A stretch of DNA of 64,000 nt from Marsupella aquatica (GCA_973895155.1 OZ316891.1:23021884-23085883), one strand, 5' to 3'. Positions 1 through 13,120 are shown, counted from the stretch's first letter. The notes: a model not told the origin generated them from the letters alone. A program made the numbers and translations.

Positions 1-99
1 TACAAATCTACCATCTCAGAGAGGCTCGCCGAGTACAAATACTGTTGCCCAAATGACTCGAGTCCATCTCAGAGACCCCCACCGAGAATAATTTAGGGT

Positions 100-1085
100 G
101 GAAACTAAATGTCAAAGACCCTCGTCGAGTAGGATTCTAGGTAAAAGTAAATGACACTCAGCGACCGAGGAAGTCCCTAATCCACCACAGAGAGGCTCGC
201 CAGATAGCACGACCGCATGTCAGAGACCCTCGCCAAGTAGGATTCTAGATAAAAGTCTATGAGAATCCATCTCAGAATCTCGGAGACCCCCGCCGAGAAT
301 GACTTGGGATGAAAAGTAAATGACACTCAACGACCAAGGAAGTCCCTAATCCACCACAAAGAGGCTTGCCAGATAGCGCGACCGCATGTCAGACACCCTC
401 GCTGAGTAGGATTCTAGGTAAAAGTCTATGAGAATCCATCTTAGAATCTCGGAGACCCCCGCCGAGAATGACTTGCGATGAAAAGTAAATGACACTCAGC
501 GACCAAGGAAGTCCCTAATCCACCACAGAGAGGCTCGCTAGATAGCGCGACCGCATGTCAGACACCCTCGCCGAGTAGGATTCTAGATAAAAGTCTATGA
601 GAATCCATCTCAGAATCTTGGAGACCCCCGCCGAGAATGACTTGGGATGAAAAGTAAATGACACTCAGCGACCAAGGAAGTCCCTAATCCACCACAGAGA
701 GGCTTGCCAGATAGCGCGACCGCATGTCAGAGACCCTCGCCGAGTAGGATTCTAGATAAAAGTCTATGAGAATCCATCTCAGAATCTCGGAGACCCCCGC
801 CGAGAATGACTTGGGATGAAAAGTAAATGACACTCAACGACCAAGGAAGTCCCTAATCCACCACAAAGAGGCTTGCCAGATAGCGCGACCGCATGTCAGA
901 CACCCTCGCCGAGTAGGATTCTAGGTAAAAGTCTATGAGAATCCATCTTAGAATCTCAGAGATCCCCGTCGAGAATGACTTGGGATGAAAAGTAAATGAC
1001 ACTCAGCGACCAAGGAAGTCCCTAATCCACCACAAAGAGGCTCGCCAGATAGCGCGACCGCATGTCAGAGACCCTCGCCGAGTAG
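100..1085. repeat. 169-bp tandem repeat, about 6 copies
   Basis: ATGACACTCA recurs at 151, 320, 489, 658, 827 and 996. Units are near-identical and contain TCTCGGAGACCCCCGCCGAGA-like motifs. Confidence 0.95.
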
Positions 1086-1499
1086 GAAGTCGGAAGGCTA
1101 TTTATTCATCCTTCAAGTCAGGCATATTTGCAGAGGGGATTATAAGCCACACGACGGAAGAAGAAGAAATGTTTTAGGCAAGGCCGGACGGAATCTTGGA
1201 GAATATACTACATCCCCAGAGTTTGCATGTACCTCTTGGCGGCTGCTGGCAAATATGTACCTTGTACATGTGCAGAATCTGTACCTTCTTGGCGGCCGCT
1301 AGGAAATAGGTACCTTCTTTGTGGTACAATTGTTATATGTACGCTCCGGATTCTACGATCGTTATATGGTACGCACGTTGTCCGGAACGGTATTCTTGGC
1401 GTAAAGTACGGGTACTTTAACGTCTGATGTACCGCCCAAGTTCTAAGCCTGAAAGTGCGGTATTATTGGCATAAAGTGGTACCAAGACTTTAACGTCTG

Positions 1500-4400
1500 A
1501 TGTATAAAGCCGAAGGCCTGGGGACTAACATTCCCAGTGTGGATTTGGGACACATGGCTTCTCTTGTGATAATCCAATCAGTAACCGGGGATGTTGTTGT
1601 TTTTTGTCAGATTGAGGGAGACAGTGTTCGAGTCACTAAGGAGCATGAAGTAGCAAGCCGATTTGGTTTGAAGGTAGGGGATTTCATGATTTACGAGGAG
1701 AGAGAAGATGGGCTGTCCACTTTTGCTGAATCCAAAGGCGATGGAGATGAGCGAGAGTGGTATCTGAAATGTGGCATGTCCTATACTATCTGCAAAAAGA
1801 AAGCAAGTTCATGCAATGTTAGTGAGGGTCTTGGAGATTTTGCGCACTCCCCACAGGTTGATGAACCGGGTGAATTATGGAACAATACACCGTGTCAAAA
1901 ATTGTCCCAATTTTGGGAGGACATTCACCGAGTTGGTAGACCCCACTCAAATTTGTCGCGAGTGTGGCAGGATGTTGGAAAGGCAGATGAGCCAGTGAAG
2001 GAGACACCTCGACCCAGCGCAATCAATCTCAGAGGGGTCTTCGACATGGTGAACCTTCTCGATTGAGTACACCTCGGTCAAATTCATTCCATATGTGGGA
2101 AGATGTTGGAGATGTGGATACACCAGTGAAGGAGAAACGTCGATCAAGTGCATTCAATCTCAGAGGGGGTCTTCGAGATGGTGAACCTCCTCGGACAAGT
2201 ACACCTGGGTCCAATTCATTCCAAATGTGGGAGGATCTTGGAGATGGTGATACACCAGTGAAAGAGAAACCTCGATCAAGTGCATTTAATGTCAGAGGGG
2301 GTCTTCAAGATGGTGAACCTCCTCGGACAAGTACACCTGGGTCCAATTCATTCCAAATGTGGGAGGATCTTGGAGATGGTGATACACCAGTGAAAGAGAA
2401 ATCTCGATCAAGTGCATTCAATCTCAGAGGGGGTCTTCAAGATGGTGAACCTTCTCGGACGAATACACCCGAGTCTACATCATCCCAATTTTGGGAGGAT
2501 TGAGGAGCTGCTTATACTCCACCAAAGGAGACACCTCGATCAAAGGCATTCCTTCTCAAAGAGGGTCTTCGAGAAGGCAATTCAGTATGGAAGGATGAGT
2601 TCCTTGTCAGTGTTGTTCATGCCATGCTACACGGGAAAAGGGATCTCTCGATGTGTACAAGCTGCTCATAAGATTTTGAGCACAAAATTGCCGGAGAGAG
2701 TTCAACGATTACCAAAAGTGTATGATGGAGACCATGTTTTTGAGTTGCCACCTTTTACAGGTCCATACTCGAAGGGGAGTTTCTTTTTGGGCATGGAGTG
2801 AAAGAATGATTGTTACATGTGGAGCAGGTTGATTGAGACAGGAGCAAATATCGGCCCAAAGCTAAACAACAACAGTCACTCTTACAAGATCCAAACTGTG
2901 AAGTGTTTGGGTTCTCTGCGTTGTATGCATAGGGATTGTGAGAATTTGAAGAGCGTAAAGAGCACAATTCTCCAAAGTGGACCCGAGATCGAGCAGGCAC
3001 AAATGAGCTGCCTTTCCCTGTTGGATGCAACGTTCCCCCATCAAGTGTAATTTGTAGCTTTTGCAGGAGGCCTCCTAGGTGTATAGCTGGATGCCCAAGT
3101 GAGATGTACTACATCACTCCAACCAAGGACGACCTTAATTACTGTCACAAGTCTCGTGTTGCCATGCATGTTGGAAATCACACCCATCCCGCAATGTTCA
3201 CGCACAACAAAGATCAACGATCACTTGTGCGTAATCTCGTGGAGGAGGAACTGAAGAGGAGTCCTACTGCACGGCCGTCTGTGATCAAGGTCAAAGCAGT
3301 ACAAAAACTTAAAGATATTTTTGAGGACCCAGTGGCTGAGATGGTCACCACTGAGGAGGCAAACGACCTTGATGAAATGTTGGCCATTCTGGGCGACAAA
3401 TCTGTTTTCCGCTCGATGATCAGGAGCATCAAGAGATACTCTCATGTGTTGTCTGATGTAAGCATGATACTAGAGATGCGGAAGCAGACTGCATTTCCTT
3501 TTATCCAAAGTGTTTTGTTCCCAGCCCAGAACGTGGGAACAAATGAGCGGCCGCACATTTTTAAAATGAGTATAGAAGGTCCCGGCTCAGGAGTGGACCT
3601 TGTTCGAAGAATGCAGCCAGGAGGGGATCTTGAGCATTCTTGGGTGATGTCTAATGTCATGCACCGCATACTTGACAATAGATGGTGCACTATGTTTGCA
3701 CACGTATATGACCATTTCTATCGAGGCTTATGCACAATCTTTGTTTGTGAGCTAGTTTCAGAAGACAACAAGTCATTGCAAACTGCATGGAAGGTCATGA
3801 GGAGGGTATGTGAAGAACATGGGCTGAAGAATGTGCAATTTTGTGGATTTATGGCTGATAATGCTGCTGCTGGGTGGAATGCGATCCGCAATGAATTTTG
3901 GGATGGAAAGGTAAATTCCCATAGAGAGAGGTCTGATGCATTTCACTGGGCCCAATCAGTACAGAGAATGCAGAAGCACATTGTCCCAAGTAAGAGATTT
4001 GAGCATAAAAAATTGTTGGATTCACTTCGGCACGCCGGTAATATAGTTCTTGCCTATCGAGTTTTTGAGAAGCTGAAAACGTGGTGGAATGAGGGCAATG
4101 CGCTACCAGGAAAAGCAAAGGAGCTCACCACGTGGATGTCTTGGTGGATTGTTCAGTTTTCTCAATGGGGAAACTTTTTGAGACTCGTAAGTGTCTTAAC
4201 ACTTTCCCTCCCTATGCATGATATCCGTCAACACGTCGGATCTTGGCGAAGCTCTCCGAGATACGCTCGCATACACCTATTTTGTCTGTTGCCTAGACAT
4301 AACAAATGACCAAAATTGATATGTTTTCTGGAACAATATTGCAGGAGATGGACAGAGAAAAGGCAGCACTCATGCCTAACCACAGCGGGGCAGAGTCGGT

Positions 4401-5816
4401 ACACGCATCTATGCGTAAATCCTCATCTAGTACAAAGGTTGGGTTAGTACAATCTTGTACCCTGGATGCATCTCGCGCGTTGAGCCAGAATGGAGCTTTG
4501 AAGAACTACAAACTCAGTGGGAGGAAAGGACGGGGACCGAGCTTGTTTGAACTTTGACTTCGAGATGCTACTGCCGTTGGGAATGTAGAATCTTTCTTTC
4601 CAAAATTGAACACCGCTGTAACTCAACCACACTTGCGTGAGTTCTCATCCGTGGACCCACTTAGCGGAGATGTAGAAACGGTTTTGATGAAATGCGGGAA
4701 GGCCGTTGCTGGCCATCATGTTGTAGTAGAAGATTCCCACCGGCCTGACATTGTTTTGGTAACCAGACCAAAGAAGAGGAAGTTCAGGGGGATTGCAAAT
4801 AGGGACGCAAACTTGAAAAGCCAGGATGCTGAAGTTGTGGATCTGTCGTCCGATGGCTCTCGTGGCTCGGGCAAACCAGATGTTGTCATTGTGGAACCCC
4901 AAAGGACGTGGTCAACCCCACATCCGGAGCCCGTGAGAAGACGTGTTCAGGAAAGTGATTTGGTTCCAGGCATGTTCTTTTTGGCTTGCATCTCAACGAT
5001 TGGTAAGAGTCCCGGTTGTCGAGGTGCATTCAAAGGCAAGGAACGGGGAGTATGTGCTCAATTTATCAGAGAGGCAGGACTAAAAGTAAGCAGATTAGGT
5101 GTTGTCGGTATCTGTTGGCTGGCTGGGAGTAAATTTAACAAACCAGGTGTTCCATATCCGTATTGGTTTTGCCCAAATAACCAGTGTTGCACAAAATCAT
5201 CTTTGCCATTTATTACCGGTGTTTTACCACCACTGCCTTCAAAGTTTCCTGTCTCTCATGGAACTAATCTTACAGAAGAAGAGGTCCTATTCTTGCACAA
5301 CAATGGAGTGGACGTCATTTTTGGTGAAGATGTTATGAATGAATTGGTGAGTGCTGGCGACATCATAATGGATTTGAACACATACCCAGAGCGGATAGAT
5401 CCTACAATGCCTAATGAGCGTGGTACTCGACGCAATGGCCAGGCAAGGCGAAGGAGGTCAGACACCTCCAAGTACGCTGCCACACGTATCCGTAATTCTA
5501 AGACCGAGGCAATTGTGTGCACATCAATGAGGAGAATCAAAACAGGGAATGCTACAGGCGTGAGGCTCATGGTGAACAACACTTGCAGGGGCCAAACTTC
5601 AATACATTACGTATAGATCTGTGTCTTCCCAAGTTGCTCCTGCAAGGATTTCATGTACAGGGAGTCTATGGGAAGAGCCTACTTCCCGTGCAAGCACTTG
5701 TACTGGTGCTTTGCAAACATCTTCAAGAGGAATATCGACACGGATCAATGTGCTAACCAACCAATCTTGACTCTAACTAAGGTCAGCAACCTTGTATCAA
5801 ATGCGGGTATTGTCTG
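1500..5816 (+). pseudogene. Disrupted MULE-type DDE transposase with GCM-like Zn domain and C-terminal SWIM finger
   Basis: Fragments show KCLGSLRCMHRDC...HVGNHTH, GFMADNAAAGW, DAFHWAQ, GAESVH and SWIM CSC..CKH (~5620-5710). Collinear with 48674-44932. GT-AG intron at 4187-4344. Several stops and frameshifts. Confidence 0.85.
1960..2580 (+). repeat. 132-bp (44-aa) coding tandem repeat inside the transposase N-terminal region
   Basis: WEDxGDxDTPVKEK...SAFNLRGGL...PRTSTP is repeated about 4.5 times. Confidence 0.9.
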
Positions 5817-6112
5817 ATCTCGGCGACCTCCGCCGACATTGTATTTCGGAGACCATCACCGACATTGTATCTCGAAGACCCTCACCGACATTTACCAAAT
5901 AGCCAAATAGGGTTTCCTTCCTCATTGTATCCTTCCTCATTGTATCTCGGAAACCATCGCCGACATTGTATTTCGGAGACCCTCGCCGACATTTACCAAA
6001 TAGCCGAATAAGGTTTCCTTCCTCATTGTATCCTTCCTCATTGTATCTCGGAAACCATCGCCGACATTGTATTTCGGAGACCCTTGCCGACATTTACCAA
6101 ATAGCCGAATAG
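5805..6112. repeat. Compound short tandem repeats (~24-bp ATTGTATTTCGGAGACCxTCGCCGAC units)
   Basis: Directly visible repeated units interleaved with TTTACCAAATAGCC and CCTTCCTCATTGTAT blocks. Confidence 0.9.
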
Positions 6113-6303
6113 GGTCACTTGTTTTGGGCCTAGGGTTTAGGGTTTAGGGTTTAGGATAAATGACCGTTTTATGTGACCGATATTATGTATCCGTTGTTCT
6201 TGTCAGTTTAGTGTTTAAGGTTTGCTATGGACAGGCTCACAATAGGAGGGTAGACCATCCGCCCGCTCTCAGATTAGGCATGTTTTTTTGTTACAAACTT
6301 ACT

Positions 6304-6966
6304 ATGGATCGCGGCGCAGGCGAACGTGAGCTTTTGATTGATAGGACACAACAAAAGCTTAGATTGGAATTGCGGACGCTCCTGGCTAGTAAGGAACAAG
6401 ACCGTGCTCGCATTTGGAATCCTCGTTATCCCCTACGATGTCACCCTCCAGTGAGTAACTTGATTCCAGGGTTGCCTGATGAGGTTGTGGAGTTGCACAT
6501 CTGGCCCTGGATTCGGTCAATGCTCGAAGGTGTTGCAGTTTTGGATCCAGTTCGGGATGGTCATCATCCAGTGAAGACTCTCTTCCTGACGGTGCGATCA
6601 GTTGCTCATATCAACAGGAAATGGAGACATTTGATAACAAACTCCATACTATGCGTTGCAATGACTACAGCTATAGCATTTTGTCGTGTAAGATGGCCTA
6701 CAGTGACCCCTTTGTTTTTTTGAGATTCAGTGAGAGCGTTCCCACCGATCGATGTTTGGAGTCGGTTGTCTGATAGTATCTTAAATGAAAGGATTGATTC
6801 TTGGTTGTTATGTGCTTCAGAGGAAGTGGATTGCTACCTCTTCGTATATGGTCTTGAGCAAGCGCAAGTAGAGTCTTGGAAAAGGACTCGTGTTGATAAC
6901 TGGTACATTGAACAGGTTCAAGAAAGACTTGATAATGGTGTTCCTGTTAATCGTGACAATTTTTAG
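6304..6966 (+). pseudogene. F-box-motif protein (cargo), internal stop at 6721-6723
   Basis: SNLIPGLPDEVVELHIW...VAHINRKWRHL is a plant F-box-like motif. ORF 6730-6966 continues in the same frame. Confidence 0.65.
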
Positions 6967-7656
6967 CGGCATCGACTGAGCACCAATGTGAAAGTTGTTT
7001 GCCCACATTGAATGCCATGTCAAATATCAGCCTGCATTAGTGTAATAGACCAATTAGAACAATTAGACCAATTTTGTGTAATAGACCAATTAGAACAATT
7101 TTGTACAAAAAAATTTGAATAGTAAAAGTTTTAATTTTTTGAGCGGAATCTCAGTGCGGTGTTCTCGTTATGTTAGTGACCTCTTCAACATACATGGCAG
7201 TACACAATTGTCCTTCTCATGTTGGCGAGAGTCTCTGAGATGTGTCTTGGAGAGGTCGTTTACCATCACTTTTGTCCTCGTGAAGTCGGTCAGAGTCTCT
7301 GAGATAAGTCTACTATATTGTGTTGACAAATTGGCGGGCACAATCCGCAAAATCTCAGAGACCCTCTCTGAGATGGGTAACAGATAGGAGACCCCGTAAT
7401 ATATCGAATAGTCCCATAATATTTAGACAATGTTTTTTTAGTTAATCTGCTCCTAGCAATAAAACCATAAGTTTTGGGCAAAATTTGTGAGGTCAATCAT
7501 CCATATCACTATTCACTCTTTGGTTGCCTTATCATGGAGGTCTCCACTTGACAGTATTCTCTTGTTCAACATGGAAGGATCCAATGCTTAAGGTGTTATC
7601 ATGAGAAGTGCGCTGCACGGCTTGAGACGTTCAGGACGACCGTTACTGAGCTGAAA

Positions 7657-8298
7657 TTGATAGCTCTTTCCGATAAGTTGTCAATATGGAGTTCTCCCGG
7701 GAGTTCTGGGGGGGAGCCTATGCGTTATCCATTGCACAGTCAGGAAGCCCGAAAGCAGAGTCTCATCCCCGGCCTCCCGGATGATCTGATGGAGGGACAC
7801 ATTTGGCCTCTACTTCGAAACAGATTTGAATGTGCAAATGCTCATGGCAGAGATGATAATGCTACATTCAACGCAATCAACAACATGCGTGTATTGTCAA
7901 GAGTTAGTAGGAAATGGAGATTCCTAATGACTCACTCGAAGGGATGGGCAGCCATAAAAGTGCTGCTGGATATTGTTGAAAACATATCTGAAAATCGACA
8001 TTGGACTCGACACTCAACCGCGTCCACGTTTCGAGTCCTCTTGCGTCAAATTCCTCCTATTGATGCCCTCGCGATGATGTCACCTATATCATTGAAGTCT
8101 TGGGTGGCATATTATGTTTGGAGGACAGAGAGATATGAGAGGGATCTATATGACAGTTTCTTTGACGAGGATGAGCTTGGAAGGGTCAAGCTATGGGTGG
8201 AGAACATGCTACACACATTGTTGTGGTGTGACGATGTAGCGAGTTGGGAGAGCAACAATCCCGATAGTGGGTACGGGCTTCATAGTGATGACATTTGA
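7657..8298 (+). CDS. F-box-motif protein (cargo), paralogue of 6304-6966
   Basis: QSLIPGLPDDLMEGHIWPLL...LSRVSRKWRFL. Start codon uncertain. Confidence 0.65.
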   Translation: MIALSDKLSIWSSPGSSGGEPMRYPLHSQEARKQSLIPGLPDDLMEGHIWPLLRNRFECANAHGRDDNATFNAINNMRVLSRVSRKWRFLMTHSKGWAAIKVLLDIVENISENRHWTRHSTASTFRVLLRQIPPIDALAMMSPISLKSWVAYYVWRTERYERDLYDSFFDEDELGRVKLWVENMLHTLLWCDDVASWESNNPDSGYGLHSDDI

Positions 8299-9170
8299 TC
8301 ATTTAGGGTTTAGGTCGATCGCCATTGTTGGTTTAGGTTTAGTTTAGAAGAATTTATCCTCACCCCTGGTAGTTTTGGTTCAGATTTTGTAACATGGACA
8401 AATTTTGTACGAGTTTGTGATTAATAAATTACTTGACATTTGCACGACAAACATGTTTGGCACAATGTTTTTTCAATGTCGGCTACCTCGCCAACATGCA
8501 GAACTCAGCTTGGGTCTCTGAGATGAATCTTGGTCAGATCTTGGCGGCCTTCTCCGAGATATACTGGGGTACGTCAAATCGCTGGATGTACGTCAAATCG
8601 CTAGATGTACGTCAGATCGCCAATGTCGACCACCTCGCCGACATGCAAAACTCGGCGAGGGTCTCTGAGATGATACTCGGCCAGATCTCGGCGGCCTTCT
8701 CCGAGATATGCTGGCGTACGTCAGATTGCTGGACGTACGTTAGATCGCCAATGCCATGCAACACTCGGCGAGGGTCTCTGACACATTTTGCGGTTTTGAG
8801 CAGACAGCTTTGTTTTGAGCACGCAGCTTTGTGAAGTTGGCGACCCTCGCCGAGATCTTTCCCAAACACGAAACAGCCAAGCTTAGCGCCTAACCCACCA
8901 AGGAGAGACAATGTATGAAGTTTCCAAAACAATTATAGTAAAGATCAAGTCGGCGGTCTCGCTGACATTCTAATTTGGTCGCATTAATGTGTACGAAAAG
9001 GACATATTGGATCCGCTTGAATGATTTTATGATGTTGGCGAGTACGCCAACATATCCTTGCCAATGTCAGAGACCTCGCCCACATCCCCTCACTATGGAC
9101 CCTTCACTGATATCAGTGACTGATATCAGTTATCAGTCACTGATAACTGATGATGTTACCTATCTCTGGT

Positions 9171-12100
9171 CCGTCCACTGACAGATTACCTGCCCTTGAC
9201 CGAGTCAACTCTTCATTGGCCTAACTAGGTCCACCCTTGGCTTCAACTTCATCATTGGTCCCGACCTTCGATACGGCTACGACCTCCGATATGGCTCTGG
9301 CCTCCGATACGGCTCCGGCCTCCAATATGGCTCCGGCCTTCGATATGGCTCCGGCCTCCCCGGCATGCCCTAGCGGAGGATCCAGTCCATCTCCACTTCC
9401 TAGGACTGGTGGATCCACCGCCATGCTGATGCTGGAGATCGGTGCCGGGTTTATCCTCTCGGTCCCCTCGGCTTGAGAAGCCGTATAACTCCCAGACCTA
9501 GAAGGTTTCCGCTTCTTCTTCTTCCCTATTTCAACAGCCAGTTCCTTCCCCTTGCCACCTACCTTTGGCACCGGGGTGAGTGTTTCGGCTTGTCCTACGG
9601 CCAATACTACCCCTGGTAACTGGGTTCCCCCAATTGGAGTTGGACCTGATGAAGCCAAGCATTTAAATACTGCGGCTTGTGTCTTCAACCGCTCCGTTTG
9701 GTTGTCGGCCTGCCGTTGTAGGTTCTCCATCTTTCTCGTGATTTCCTCCAACTCCTCTTGGGTCTCATCCAGGTCCTTGGTGCCTCCTCCAGCTCCTTAT
9801 TGGCTTCCTCCAATTCCCTCCTTAAGGTAGCCCTCTCCTCCTGGGTTGCTCTTAGCTCCTTGTCGAGCTCTGCTACGACCACAGAATCCATTTTATTCAT
9901 CTTGGCATAAGTCTGGTCGAGCTGGTCATCCTTTTCACGCAGGTCGGCCTTGAAGCTGGCCGTCAGGGACACAAGCTCCTGCTGCAGCGCAATAATCCCT
10001 TGATAGGATTTCCCTAACTCTGCTTCCTTTTGCTCAAGCGCTCCGCGGATATCTTTGAGCTCTCCTTTCAACGCCCTCTCCCTTCTCTGGTTCTCCGCCA
10101 TGGCCCGATTGTTGGTTGCTAAGTGGGCCTCCTCTGCATCCCTTAGCTCCCGCTTCCATTTCTCTCTTTCCTTGACTGCGTCAGCCAACTCTCCCTGGGT
10201 TCGAGTCAGTTTATCTTTGATAATCTGATTGTTAGACTGAGCGGTATCCAACTGCCCCTGCATGATGTTTAGCTCATGCCGCTTAATCCGTAGTTCATCT
10301 TGGGCTTTCTTGGCCACCTGTAGGACTTCCATCTTGGCTTCCTTCTCCCTAAGCCGCCGGATAACCTCGTCCTTCTTGCTCCTCTCCAAAGCCACCGCTT
10401 CTTCTAATCGGTGCTTTTCCAACATCTCCCTCTGGAAAAAGGGTCCCTGCTCCAACTCCTCCCCAAAGATGCTGAGCGCCAGTTCCCCACACATCTCCCC
10501 ATACTCCATGGCTCTATCCTCAGCATAGGTGGAGTAACTAGAAGTCATTGGCATTACCCATCGCGGCCTCTGCTCCCAAGCCGTCTTGCGGATTTCTTCT
10601 ATGGTGGCAAGAGGGTTGGTTCTTTTTTTGGCAAGCCGCCTGATGTCCTTCGGCCAATCTCCTCCTGGTAAACCTTCTCCCTAGCCAGGGCTGCTTTCTC
10701 TTCCTCCCTAAGTCGCTCCTGAAATTCTTGTGCCGTCTACTTTATGTTGTCAAAGCTCGGGGGAGCAATCTCTGGTGGGGGAGACTCGGGGCTACTCTGC
10801 TGGTTGGGGTCCCCTCGAAATACTCTTGGAAGCGTGGGGATAAATCGGCCACAGGTCCTGACTCCTGGAACATGATGATCCGACCCATAGCCGGAGTTAT
10901 CATTGTTGTAGTCCTCCACCGCCTCCTCCACTACTTGGACTCCCGGCTTCTCCCTTTGTTCCCCTGGTCCAGTCGTGAAAACGGCCTCTGGTTCCTCTGG
11001 TTTCTAGGCTGTCGTCTCCTTCTGCTCTCCGCGGAAAGGAGCCTTAGGCTGCTCTGCCTCTCATTCGGGGCTTGAGGCTCCCACATACATTCGCACTCCC
11101 GGCTTGTGTTCTGGCCTCCTTCTCTCCTTGACTCCAGTAAAGGGATCTTCCCCTCTGCGTCGGCTTAAGCCGACCTCTGGGGCATCGTCTTGGATCATTG
11201 CCGTTGCCGTTGCCAGAACCGTTCTCCTTTTCTTCTCCACTAAGTTCAACAGACTTTGCATGCCTGGTTGCTGCATTGACACGTCTTCTTTCCTTGTCCC
11301 AAACACCTGCTTGATCGTCGGACTGTCGGGTTGGTTGGGCTTCTCTGGTGCCAGCCTCTTCTCCGGAACCTCCTCTGGTGCCCTTGCTGATAGGGAAAGT
11401 ACTGGGGCAAAGATTTGACTTCTGGCATACCGGCACAACAGCGGCATGTGCCGATCTCTGCCCTCGGCAAGTTACAGTGCATGGTCACCCGCAAGAAATT
11501 GATCATCTCTCCAATGTGCGGGTTGGTGCAAGTGTTCCGGAAGAAGCCATTCTTCGTTGATGGTCCTGGGAATGACCGGAACTCCTTGTCAAGTAAGGTC
11601 TTCCTGGTATCAACCTTGGTCTTATTACCCATCGGCAAGCCAAACACCTCGGCAATCACCTAGGGAGTGAGATAGAAATCCTTCCCATACACCCTCTTGG
11701 AATTGGTCTCGGGTTCCCATGATCCCATGAATTCTAATAAGTCTGAGTGCGGCACTTCCGGCTTCAGCCATGGTAATCTTACGAAGGCTTCCAAGCCGGA
11801 TCCGGCCATGAAGCCTTGGTACTTCTTGGTCTGCATGGCCGTAAAGCATGCATCCTCCTCTCGTGCAAAGTGTAATTGCACTTCCTCTGGTAGGGTCGCC
11901 GCCCAGCCTTTCCAGGTGTCATTGTTTGTTGGAATGGCATTGATGGGATCGACCTCTTCCTCCTCGGCTTCTCCCCTAGTCCCGCTCTGCTGCGCTGCTG
12001 GCTTCCTAGGTGCCGCCGACCTCGTTCTTTTTGCCGGGGTGGCCTCTTTGTTGTTGTTTCCTTTCCTCTTCATCTCGGCTGTCGTGGATGTTTCTCCTAG

Positions 12101-12802
12101 CAAGGTTGCCTTCGTCCACCCGTCCGTGTTACCCTTCAACTCCCAGTGTAGGTCGCTGTAGCGATTGATGGCTTCCCGGATGCCGACGATTTTGTTTTTG
12201 CAAAATAGAAGGTCGTCGAGCTGATTGGCAGTAGGAGTCCACAAGAACTTGGCGTTGATAAGTTCTCCTCCTAAGAAAGTCGTCTTCTGTAGTTTCCAGA
12301 GCCGAGCAAGTTCCTGCCGTTCTTGAGTTGCTCTCTCTGATTCCTTGTCCTCGTAAGTCCTGATGTACTCACCTGCCCGTTTGAATAGGCATCCCCAAAA
12401 ATATGCCGCTTGATTGACGTTGCTCATACCCTCCTTGAGTCGATCGTTGGTATCTGTTCCCACCCCAAGTGCTTGCCTAAGCAGCTGACAGCAATTGGCC
12501 TCCCGTAGTCGTCTTCCCAGTTCGTTCTTGCAAATGAGCCACTATTCCTCGCGAGCGGTCCTTACCCCTCTCCTCCTAAGGTCTTCCCTCCCGTTGGTCA
12601 CCCCTAGCCACCGACGCTTAGCGCGCCCTAACCCTAACTGTGTTCTCTCTCCCCGCATCCTTACTTCCGGCCTCGGCCCGGGTTCCATAGTCACCCTTAA
12701 TTGTTTATATTTTCCTTGTTTTGTTCGTATACTAAGGTGTTTCCAGGGTACACTCCTTCTTTACCATTAAACCGGGCTAGTGATTCCTGGCTAGGCATCA
12801 CA
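9171..12802 (-). mobile_element. Older, diverged and truncated copy of the giant protein-coding LTR
   Basis: Ends in ...CTAGGCATCACA like the other LTRs. ORF fragments 11660-12463, 11061-11447, 9685-10554 and 9221-9751 are homologous to the 1220-aa ORF but broken by stops, frameshifts and an internal deletion. Confidence 0.9.
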
Positions 12803-13120
12803 CTAGTAGTGCCACTGAGAGGTGTACCGGGTGCATTGAAGTGGGTTGGGTGAGGGCTGTCACAGCTCTGATTGCTGAGAGTGGAATGGCAGAGTGGTGG
12901 GGCAATGGCTTAGAAGTCCCTAAGCCGGGAATCAGTCTGGAGTCACTAGTTTATGGGTACATTCCGGCGGCGGAATAGAAATATATCTATGACAGTAAGC
13001 ATACGTATAGACATATGCGCACCATAGTGCTAGGCCCTGTGTGTACGGGCCCGATATGAATACCCCTTCTCACCAGAACTATCATGAGCACAGGATCTGA
13101 TTCCCAACCTTGGTTCCTAG

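Larger units (their letters stand above)
1..9170 (+). mobile_element. Right portion of a Mutator-like DNA transposon (MULE-1), left end outside the window
   Basis: Holds a transposase homologous to the one in the TSD-bounded MULE at 44253-60678. The TCGG-N9-CCGA motif recurs from 1 to ~9080. The sequence switches abruptly to LTR homology at ~9171, so the right end is approximate. Confidence 0.7.

Noticed and set aside
100-1085. CRISPR array or centromeric satellite
   Set aside because: Units are wholly repeated with no unique spacers and no cas genes; only ~6 copies, inside a transposon.
5805-6112. CRISPR-like short repeats and the 98-aa ORF 5797-6093
   Set aside because: No unique spacers; the ORF is a by-product of the repeat.
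6130-6156. Telomere (TTTAGGG x~3)
   Set aside because: Too short and internal; at most a telo-box-like tract.
12801-12811. CACTAGTAGTG as the left end of the CACTA element
   Set aside because: The CA belongs to the LTR terminus, there are no subterminal TCCGAT repeats and the match to the right TIR stops after 8 bp.
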